From: a virus
Lineage: Duplodnaviria > Heunggongvirae > Uroviricota > Caudoviricetes
Strand: one strand, 5' to 3'
IMG/VR virus record: IMGVR_UViG_2526164619_000004
Location: 1-23,848 of that record
DNA length: 23,848 nucleotides
Within the stretch, counting starts at the first letter, position 1. The number at the start of each line of letters is the position of its first letter. The position numbers and the translations under genes are program-made. A model generated the notes under the pieces. The model was given only the letters and a program-made list of their open reading frames with translations, did no database searches and was not told where the DNA came from. Shown here in pieces: positions 1-7,364 of the stretch.

Positions 1-2
1 AG

Positions 3-116
3 ACCGTATGGTTGATTTTCGCTGGTTACTCCGTGGTTCTGGCCTTCGCGTTCATGGCGATGTTCAAATATAAACACGTTCGTGTCCCGACAGGCACACA
101 GACGGTTAGCCACTAA
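3..116 (+). CDS. nupG: 3' end of a membrane transporter gene, probably nucleoside permease (partial; start lies outside the window)
   Basis: Open frame from the window edge to TAA at 114-116 with a hydrophobic tail ...TVWLIFAGYSVVLAFAFMAMFKYKHVRVPTGTQTVSH. Convergent with a speC-like gene, as in the E. coli nupG-speC neighbourhood. Symbol assigned from synteny and memory, not from a search. Confidence 0.45.
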   Translation, partial: TVWLIFAGYSVVLAFAFMAMFKYKHVRVPTGTQTVSH

Positions 117-128
117 TTACGCAAAGAA

Positions 129-160
129 AAACGGGTCGCCAGAAGGTGACCCGTTTTTTT
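129..160. terminator. Bidirectional Rho-independent terminator between convergent genes
   Basis: Hairpin ACGGGTCGCC-AGAA-GGTGACCCGT at 131-154, flanked by an A-run upstream and T7 downstream (154-160), so it can terminate on either strand. Confidence 0.6.
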
Positions 161-164
161 ATTC

Positions 165-425
165 TTACTTCAACACATAACCGTACAACCGTTTCATGCC
201 ATCCGCATCGGTTTCGCTATAAACACCTTGCAGCTCCGGCGAAAATCCCGGCAACAAATTCACCCCTTCTTCCAGTGCAAGGAAATAACGTTGAACCGCC
301 CCACCCCAGACTTCCCCGGGTACCGCGCAAAGCACGCCAGGTGGATAAGGCAACGCCCCTTCTGCCGCAATTCGCCCTTCGGCATCACGAATCCGCACCA
401 ACTCCACTTCACCGCGAATATAAGG
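165..425 (-). pseudogene. speC: 3' fragment (about 85 codons) of an ornithine decarboxylase gene; the 5' ~1.9 kb is absent
   Basis: Minus-strand frame translates to ...YIRGEVELVRIRDAEGRIAAEGALPYPPGVLCAVPGEVWGGAVQRYFLALEEGVNLLPGFSPELQGVYSETDADGMKRLYGYVLK, a PLP-decarboxylase C-terminal domain as recalled for E. coli SpeC. The frame hits a stop at 480-482 and loses similarity at about 425-440, where IS sequence begins. The 425 end is approximate. Confidence 0.65.
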
Positions 426-1772
426 CAGTATGACTTTCCGTGAGACAGATGCTGGCCAACGTGGGATATTTAACGCGGGTTAACATCGTTGTCAGAGCCG
501 CATGGGTGAGCTGTTGCTACACCCCGGTATTTCCACCACGGAGGCCAGCATGAACAACAATAACACATTGTACGTCGGGTTAGATGTTCACAAAGAATCG
601 ATTACTGTCGCTTATGCTATCAATTCAGAACCTGTTGAACTGATGGGTAAAATTGGCACATCACCTACTGATATTCAGAATCTTTGTAAACGTCTCAGGT
701 CAAAGTCATCGCAGGTCAGTATCGTTTATGAAGCGTGGCCCTGTGGTTATGGACTTTATCGTCGGCTGGTGAAATCCGGTTTTGACTGCATGGTCTGCGC
801 CCCCTCACTTATCCCGAAAAAACCGGGGGAGCGGGTTAAAACCGATCGCCGTGATGCCATCAGACTTGTGCGTTCACTGCGTGCAGGAGATCTTTCTGCT
901 GTCTACGTACCCGGCATTGAAGATGAGGCATTCCGGGATTTGGCCCGGGCATGGGCATCTGCCCGCGATGATTTACGGCATGCAAGGCAACGTCTGAAAT
1001 CGTTTCTTCTGGTTCATGGGGTCCATTATGTCGGGCGAGCAGATTGGGGCCCTGCACACCGACGCTGGCTCAGCAAATACTCATTCGAAAGTCCCTGGCG
1101 ACAATTAGCTTTTGACGAACACCGTCGTACAATAGAAGACCGGCAGGCACAATGTGAACGGCTGGAATCCGCCCTGAAGGAGGCCGTTACCGAATGGAGG
1201 CTGTGCCCGGTAGTAGAGGCGCTGCAAGCCATGCGAGGGATTCAGTTTATTACTGCGGTTGGATTAATTTCTGAACTGGGTGATCTGACCCGTTTTGAAC
1301 ATCCACGACAACTGATGTCATGGTTTGGTATCACGCCATCAGAATATTCATCGGGTGGAAGCAGACATCAGGGCAGCATTACCAAAGCCGGAAACAGCTA
1401 TGCCAGAAAGCTATTGGTCGAGGCAGCGTGGAGTTACCGTCATCCGGCACGCATCAGTCCGGCAATACAAAAAAGGCAGGAAAATTTACCCCGCCCCGTC
1501 ATTGACAGAGCATGGGATGCTCAACTCAGGCTTTGTAAGAGGTATCGAAAACTTCAGGCCAAAGGAAAGAATGTCAATATTACAATTGTTGCTGTTGCAC
1601 GTGAGCTGGCGGTTTTATCTGGGATATGGGCCGAATAGCAATGTCTGTCGCACAACAACCACAATGTCACAAATAAAAATGAGAATAACCAGTTCCCTGA
1701 AGGCGACGTAGCCCGGTACAAGAGTAACCCACGTTAGCGCTTGGCGACGGCGGAACAAAGCTGATTCGCGAC
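426..1772 (+). mobile_element. IS110-family insertion sequence, about 1.35 kb
   Basis: Single DEDD-type transposase gene flanked by non-coding ends of about 125 bp (left) and about 135 bp (right), with no obvious terminal inverted repeats, as expected for this family. Left boundary inferred from loss of decarboxylase coding signal; right boundary inferred from the start of the IS66 terminal repeat (GTAAG at 1773). Both are approximate. Confidence 0.55.
550..1638 (+). CDS. IS110-family transposase/recombinase (DEDD RuvC-like N-domain plus Transposase_20-type C-domain)
   Basis: ATG at 550 preceded by GGAGG. N-terminus MNNNNTLYVGLDVHKESITVAY matches the family's first catalytic Asp motif. C-terminal region ...ITAVGLISELGDLTRFEHPRQLMSWFGITPSEYSSGGSRHQGSITKAGNSYARKLLVEAAW matches the conserved C-domain. 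The track ORF from 502 is an upstream extension without an RBS. Confidence 0.8.
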   Translation: MNNNNTLYVGLDVHKESITVAYAINSEPVELMGKIGTSPTDIQNLCKRLRSKSSQVSIVYEAWPCGYGLYRRLVKSGFDCMVCAPSLIPKKPGERVKTDRRDAIRLVRSLRAGDLSAVYVPGIEDEAFRDLARAWASARDDLRHARQRLKSFLLVHGVHYVGRADWGPAHRRWLSKYSFESPWRQLAFDEHRRTIEDRQAQCERLESALKEAVTEWRLCPVVEALQAMRGIQFITAVGLISELGDLTRFEHPRQLMSWFGITPSEYSSGGSRHQGSITKAGNSYARKLLVEAAWSYRHPARISPAIQKRQENLPRPVIDRAWDAQLRLCKRYRKLQAKGKNVNITIVAVARELAVLSGIWAE

Positions 1773-1967
1773 GTAAGAAAGTGGCAGGCTCATATGACGG
1801 ACCTCTGTAATGCGGTATCCAACCCGCGAATATCAGCGTGATTCACCGTCGGATTTACTGCTACGTCGCCCTCAGGGAATTATACCTAAAAAGAAAATCG
1901 TCAAAATTAGAGATTCCGGTTTGACACGGAAAGTCATATCAGCGTCAACGGAGCACCGTATTGACGC

Positions 1968-3558
1968 TTATTTATTGGTGAGTGCTACGTTCCATGGCAG
2001 GAGTTCGTCAACACGGTTGGAAGGCCATTCCGGCAGTACGCTCAGGATATAGCGCAGATACGCTTCCGGATCGATACCGTTCAGTCGGCAGGTGCCGATC
2101 AGCCCGTACAGTAGCGCACCACGCTCTCCACCGTGATCGCTGCCGAAGAACATAAAGTTTTTCTTTCCGAGACAGACTGCACGACGCGCTCTTTCCGCGG
2201 CATTATTATCCGCCTCAGCCAGACCATCATCACTGAAGTTGCACAACGCAACCCAGTGCTTCCTGATATACCGGAACGCATCTCTCAGACGGCATTTTTT
2301 CGATAACGTGTGTTCTTTCTCCTGCATCAGCTTATACAGAGAAGTCAGTAGCAGTTTACTCTGCATTTGCCTGACCGCCAGGCGTTCAGACACCGGCAAC
2401 CCGCGTATTTCGTGCTCGATGGCGTACAGCTCACCGATTAGTTTCAGGGCTTCTTCCGCTGTCGCGCTTTTGGTACTGATATATACATCGTGGACTTTGC
2501 GCCGCGCATGAGCCCAGCATCCTGCTTCCGTCAACGCGCCGCCTTCTCGTTCGGCACTGAACAGCCGATCGTAACCATTAAACGCATCTGCCTGCAGGAT
2601 ACCCCGGAAGGGACTAAGGTGCTGCTCCGGATGTTTACCCTGATGGTCCGGTGAGTAGGCGAACCAGACCGCCGGAGGCTCTGGCGAACCGGCATTCCTG
2701 TCATCCCGGACATACGTCCAGATATATCCTGTTTTCGCCTTCTTCCTGCCCGGTGCCAGCACTTTTACTGGTGTGTCATCAGTGTGAACTTTGCGGCTGT
2801 TCATCACATAACGGTACAGAGCATCATTCAGCGGCGTCATTAACTGGCAGCACGCGTCAACCCAGTTGGAGAGTAATGCACGGCTCAGTTCGACACCCTG
2901 ACGGGCAAAATTTCACTCTGGCGATACAGTGGCAGGTGTTCGCAGTATTTTCCCGTTAACACGCGGGCAAGTAACCCCGGGCCCGCGATACCACGCTCTA
3001 TCGGACGGGATGGTGCCGGTGCTTCAACGATGCAGTCACATTTTGTACAGGCTTTTTTTACCCGTCTGTGCGGATCACTTTCAGAGCGCTGCTCACCAGT
3101 TCCAGTTGTTCTGCGCTGACTTCCCCCAGATAATCCAGCTCACCGCCACACTCCGGGCAACAGCTTTCTTCTGGCTCCAGGCGATTTATTTCGCGGGGCA
3201 GATGCTCCGGTAACGGGCGACGATGACGAGACTGTCGCAACTGGCGGGGAACCTGCGGATCGTCTTCCCGCCCACTGTAACGATCACTGTCCTGTTCGCT
3301 TTGTTTCAGCAGGGCCTCAGCCTGTTCAACTTCACGACGCAGTTTTTCAGAACGGGTACCGAACAGCATCCGGCGCAGTTTTTCTATCTGAGCCCGCAGA
3401 TGTTCTATTTCCCGTTCATCTTCTTCGATCTTTTCTTCGGCGCGGGCCAGTGCAGAGCGCAGGAAGGCCTCCGTCTCTTCAACCAGACTCAGTTGCTGGT
3501 CTTTCTGACGGAGCTGGCATTCCAGTTCTGCAATGCGAATGAGGTATTTTTGATTCAT
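1968..3558 (-). pseudogene. tnpC: IS66-family transposase TnpC, disrupted (frame change plus internal loss)
   Basis: N-terminal 166-aa ORF (3058-3558; MNQKYLIRIAELE...CCPECGGELDY zinc-finger region) and C-terminal 290-aa ORF (1968-2840; ...DDTPVKVL...AGCWAHARRK...) lie in different frames. Only 217 bp separate them where about 240 bp of coding sequence is expected from comparison with copy 2. Confidence 0.75.
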
Positions 3559-3588
3559 GGCCGTTTTTATAATCCGGCCATGACATTT

Positions 3589-3939
3589 TTACAACATTGT
3601 CAGTGCGTTAAGGCGGGATGTTTTTGGCTGACGCCAGTCCAGTTTATCGAGGAGCATTGCCAGTTGCGAGCGGGTAATGGATACCTTGCCGTCACGCACA
3701 GCAGGCCAGATAAACTGGCCTTCCTCCAGGCGTCTGGTGAACAGGCACAGACCATCAGCATCAGCCCACAGGATTTTAATCATGTCACCCCGTCGGCCAC
3801 GGAAGATGAACAGGTGACCGGAGAAGGGATTATCATTCAGCACATGCTGTACCTGTTCACCCAGCCCGTTGAAAGACTTACGCATATCGGTTATCCCAGC
3901 AACGAGCCAGATGCGGGTGCCTGACGGGAGTGAGATCAT
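3589..3939 (-). CDS. tnpB: IS66-family Orf2 (TnpB) accessory protein
   Basis: 116-aa ORF MISLPSGTRIWLVAGITDMRKSFNGLGEQV...; start overlaps the orf1 stop as in IS66-family elements. Confidence 0.8.
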   Translation of the reverse strand: MISLPSGTRIWLVAGITDMRKSFNGLGEQVQHVLNDNPFSGHLFIFRGRRGDMIKILWADADGLCLFTRRLEEGQFIWPAVRDGKVSITRSQLAMLLDKLDWRQPKTSRLNALTML

Positions 3940-4355
3940 CGTCCCCTCCCGGTCAGTTCACGGATCAACACTGTGAGCAGCTCTGGTGAAGGATTTTCCA
4001 GCGTCATGTTACCGTGACGGAACTCCACCTTGCAGGAGCTGGCACTAACTGTAGTCTGAGTAGATAAAGACGGAGTAAGAGCAGCCACCGGTTCTTTCGG
4101 CTCATCCGGCGTTATCTCCACAGGTAATAATTCAACGCCAGTGTCAGAAGAGGTTGTTACCGGAAGACGCCGCGATATGCGCCCTTTGTTCTGCCAGAGC
4201 CTGAGCCATTTGAACAGCAGGTTATCATTGATATCGTGTTCCCGGGCAATACGGGCAACAGAGGCTCCTGGTTGTGAAGCCAGTTTAACCATTTGAAGTT
4301 TAAACTCATTTGAAAATGATCTGCGGGGTTCTGCAGATAATGCTTTCTGTTCCAT
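3936..4355 (-). CDS. tnpA: IS66-family Orf1 (TnpA), helix-turn-helix protein
   Basis: 139-aa ORF MEQKALSAEPRRSFSNEFKLQMVKLASQPGASVARIAREHDINDNLLFKWLR... at the expected position upstream of orf2. Confidence 0.75.
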   Translation of the reverse strand: MEQKALSAEPRRSFSNEFKLQMVKLASQPGASVARIAREHDINDNLLFKWLRLWQNKGRISRRLPVTTSSDTGVELLPVEITPDEPKEPVAALTPSLSTQTTVSASSCKVEFRHGNMTLENPSPELLTVLIRELTGRGR

Positions 4356-4570
4356 AACAGGTGTCCACTAGTTGAAAAGGTGGGCACCTACGTTACCAAT
4401 ACAGGCTTAATGGCTACATACGGCGGTCAGTTTACGCTTACATACGATACCTGCGTCATAATTGATTATTTCTCGTGGTTTGATGGCGTACACACATGTT
4501 GTGATAAACCTTATATAGATGATAATCATTATCATTTCGTGGGTCCTTTCCGGCGATCCGGGCCGTTACG

Positions 4571-4582
4571 GGGCGGCGACCT
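4571..4582 (+). other. cosN: 12-nt cohesive-end sequence of a lambda-like phage
   Basis: GGGCGGCGACCT followed by CGCGGGTTTTCGCTATTTATGAAAATTTTCC, identical as I recall it to the lambda left cohesive end. Upstream TTTCCGGCGATCCGGGCCGTTACG resembles the lambda right end (cosQ side). Confidence 0.75.
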
Positions 4583-4619
4583 CGCGGGTTTTCGCTATTT
4601 ATGAAAATTTTCCTGGATC

Positions 4620-4717
4620 CATGTCCGGTTTATCTTCAAGTTAACTATATGAAAAATATAAAAACAGGTCTTCTGTGAACCGGACATGAACAAAAAATAG
4701 ACATGTAAACCGGACAT
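4620..4717 (+). promoter_or_regulatory. cosB: three copies of an 11-mer terminase small-subunit binding element (R3 inverted relative to R2 and R1) around an AT-rich bend
   Basis: CATGTCCGGTT at 4620-4630 in forward orientation; its reverse complement AACCGGACATG at 4677-4687 and 4707-4717; AT-rich segment 4634-4670 between R3 and R2. Matches lambda cosB architecture, though the repeat sequence differs from what I recall for lambda R sites. Confidence 0.6.
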
Positions 4718-4765
4718 GACCGGTTTTGTTGTGATTGTGAGGTGAGAGTTTTTGCGAGGTGAGGA

Positions 4766-5275
4766 GTGGCTACGCAGACTGAAGTTGCCAGGCATTTAAG
4801 TCTGACCGATCGCCAGCTTCGCAGATTGCAGAAATTGCCGGGTGCCCCGATATCGAATAAGCGAGGGCAACTGGATCTGGATGCCTGGCGCGATTTTTGC
4901 ATATCGTATCTGAGAAGAAGTAAAAACGATGTGCCTGATGGCGATAGCGAAGACGACTATGAGGAAAAATTGCTTATTGCCAGATGGGAACTGACAGCAG
5001 AACAGGCTGTTACACAGCAGTTAAAAAATGAGGTGTCAAAAGGAAAACTTATTGACACCGGGTTCTGTATTTTTGCCCTCAGCAAGCTGGCAATGGCGTT
5101 ATCCAGTACTCTTGATTCCATCCCTTTATCCATGCAACGACAGTTTCCTGATTTAACACCACGCCATCTTGACCATCTGAAAACCCTTATTGCGAAGGGG
5201 GCAAATCAGTGTGCGCGGGCAGGGGATAAATTACCGGATTTACTCGATGAATATATCAGAGCAACAACTGAATAA
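4766..5275 (+). CDS. Nu1: Terminase small subunit (lambda Nu1 homologue)
   Basis: GTG start at 4766 preceded by GAGG. C-terminal half ...CIFALSKLAMALSSTLDSIPLSMQRQFPDLTPRHLDHLKTLIAKG...LPDLLDEYIRAT parallels lambda Nu1 (recalled); N-terminal HTH region diverged. Overlaps the A start as in lambda. Confidence 0.8.
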   Translation: MATQTEVARHLSLTDRQLRRLQKLPGAPISNKRGQLDLDAWRDFCISYLRRSKNDVPDGDSEDDYEEKLLIARWELTAEQAVTQQLKNEVSKGKLIDTGFCIFALSKLAMALSSTLDSIPLSMQRQFPDLTPRHLDHLKTLIAKGANQCARAGDKLPDLLDEYIRATTE

Positions 5276-7174
5276 TATGATGAGTGCTGTCACAACAGCA
5301 TTACAGCCCCTGATAAGGGCATTGCCGGTGACGCCAGTTGAATGGGCTGATCAAAATTATTATCTGCCTAAAGAATCTTCATATGGTGAGGGAGAATGGA
5401 AAACGCTGCCGTTCCAGGTCGCCATTATGAACTGTATGGGTAACGACCAGGTTCGCACGGTTAACCTGATTAAATCTGCCCGTGTTGGCTATACAAAGAT
5501 GTTGCTGGGGGTGGTCGGGTATTTTATTGAGCATAAATCACGAAACAGTCTGCTTTTTCAGTCCACGGATTCTGCCGCTGAAGATTTTATGAAGTCTCAC
5601 GTGGAGGCGACGATTCGGGATGTGCCATGCCTGAAAGACCTTTCCCCATGGCTGGGTCGTAAACATCGTGATAATACCCTCACGCTGAAACGTTTTTCAT
5701 CGGGCGTGGGCTTCTGGTGCCTGGGCGGGGCTGCCGCCAAAAACTACCGTGAAAAATCTGTCGATGTGGTCTGCTATGACGAACTCTCCTCGTTTGAACC
5801 GGATGTGGAAAAAGAAGGTTCGCCAACACTGCTTGGCGATAAACGTATTGAAGGTTCGGTATGGCCAAAATCCATACGCGGTTCAACGCCAAAAATCAAA
5901 GGCTCCTGCCAGATTGAAAAAGCCGCGAATGAATCTGCACATTTCATGCGGTTTTATGTTCCTTGCCCTCATTGCGGGGAGGAGCAGTATCTGAAATTTG
6001 GCGATGATGCGACGCCGTTTGGCCTGAAATGGGAGAAAGGCAAACCGGAAACGGTGTATTACCTGTGTGAACATAATGGTTGCGTGATCCATCAGTCGGA
6101 ACCTGACCAGACTGACGGACGCTGGATTTGTGACAATACCGGGATGTGGACCCGTGACGGTCTGACGTTTTTCAGTGCTTCGGGTAATGAAATTCCGCCG
6201 CCGCGCTCCATCACTTTCCATATATGGACGGCGTACAGTCCGTTTACCACCTGGGTACAGATAGTCTGTGACTGGCTGGATGCACTGAAAGATCCCAACG
6301 GCCTGAAAACCTTTGTGAACACCACGCTGGGCGAGACCTGGGAAGAAGCCGTGGGCGAAAAACTCGATCACCAGGTACTGATGGATAAGGTCGTGCATTA
6401 CACGGCGGCGGTACCTGCCCGGGTGGTTTATCTGACGGCGGGCATTGACTCGCAGCGAAACCGTTTTGAGATGTATGTCTGGGGATGGGCACCGGGAGAG
6501 GAAGCTTTTCTGGTGGATAAAATCATCATTATGGGCCGTCCCGATGAGGAAGAGACGCTGTTACGTGTGGATGCGGCGATCAACAAAAAATACTGCCATG
6601 CAGACGGAACCGAAATGACCATTTCCCGTGTCTGCTGGGACACCGGGGGGATCGATGGTGAAATTGTCTATCAGAGGTCAAAAAACACGGTGTTTTCCGG
6701 GTGCTGCCGGTAAAAGGCGCATCTGTCTATGGCAAGCCGGTGATCACCATGCCGAAAACCCGCAATCAGCGGGGCGTGTATCTGTGTGAAGTGGGGACGG
6801 ACACCGCAAAAGAAATTCTCTATGCCCGTATGAAAGCCGATCCCTCTCCTGCGGATGAAGCCACGTCGTATGCCATCCGTTTTCCTGATGATCCGGAGAT
6901 TTTTTCGCAGACAGAGGCGCAGCAACTGGTCGCGGAAGAGCTTGTGGAGAAGTGGGAAAAAGGAAAGATGCGTCTGCTGTGGGATAACAAAAAGCGGCGT
7001 AACGAAGCGCTGGACTGCCTGGTGTATGCCTACGCGGCATTACGTGTGTCCGTGCAACGCTGGCAGCTTGATCTGGCTGTACTGGCAAAATCCCGGGAAG
7101 AAGAGACGACCCGGCCAACCCTTAAAGAACTGGCAGCGAAGCTGTCCGGAGGAGTGAATGGTTACAGTCGCTGA
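5247..7174 (+). pseudogene. A: Terminase large subunit (lambda A homologue) with a frameshift about 6680
   Basis: Starts MNISEQQLNN... at 5247 and is strongly lambda-A-like throughout (...VEWADQNYYLPKESSYGEGEWKTLPFQ..., ...CPHCGEEQYLKFGD...). Frame 1 terminates at 6713; homology continues in another frame from about 6680 (KKHGVFRVLPVKGASVYGKPV...) to the stop at 7174. Confidence 0.85.
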
Positions 7175-7364
7175 ACTACAGGCGCTGCGTCAGGCACGCC
7201 TTGATTTATTAACCGGTAAACGGGTGGTGTCTGTCCAGAAAGATGGTCGCAGAATTGAATATACGGCGGCTTCTCTGGATGAGCTTAACCGGGCGATCAA
7301 TGATGCGGAGTCGGTACTGGGGACAACCCGACGTCGCCGTCGTCCGCTGGGAGTGAGGTTATGA
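7158..7364 (+). CDS. W: Head-tail joining protein (lambda W homologue)
   Basis: 68-aa ORF with GGAGG RBS; ...LLTGKRVVSVQKDGRRIEYTAASLDEL...RRRRRP matches lambda gpW (recalled). Confidence 0.85.
   Translation: MVTVAELQALRQARLDLLTGKRVVSVQKDGRRIEYTAASLDELNRAINDAESVLGTTRRRRRPLGVRL

Larger units (their letters stand above)
1773..4439 (-). mobile_element. IS66-family insertion sequence, copy 1, about 2.67 kb, transposase disrupted
   Basis: Canonical IS66 gene order on the minus strand: orf1 (tnpA), orf2 (tnpB), orf3 (tnpC). Ends each carry GTAAG-initiated imperfect terminal repeats: plus strand 1773 GTAAGAAAGTGGCAGGCTCAT, and minus strand reading inward from 4439 GTAAGCGTAAACTGACCGCC. Boundaries approximate. 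Confidence 0.55.

Noticed and set aside
1810-2052. 80-aa plus-strand ORF across the IS110/IS66 junction, and the ORFs at 1320-1505 and 1325-1711 overlapping the transposase 3' end
   Set aside because: Out-of-frame overlaps with the IS110 transposase or the antisense of IS66 tnpC; no start context; products lack motifs.
4515-4533. Fur-box-like palindrome ATAGATGATAATCATTATC (15 of 19 matches to the GATAATGATAATCATTATC consensus) upstream of cosN
   Set aside because: I recall the same GATAATCATTATC sequence in the right-end (cosQ-proximal) region of lambda itself, so it is most likely conserved packaging-region sequence rather than an iron-regulated promoter. No convincing -35/-10 pair is positioned around it.
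4380-4604. 74-aa plus-strand ORF spanning the IS66 end and the cos region, and minus-strand ORFs at 4595-4795 and 4645-4902
   Set aside because: They cross an IS terminal repeat and the cosN/cosB sites, have no RBS and no recognisable protein features. The region is accounted for by non-coding packaging signals.
4620-4727. Possible CRISPR-like or iteron array from the repeated CATGTCCGGTT elements
   Set aside because: Only three copies, in mixed orientation, with unequal AT-rich spacers and directly between cosN and Nu1. This is the cosB terminase-binding architecture, not a CRISPR array.
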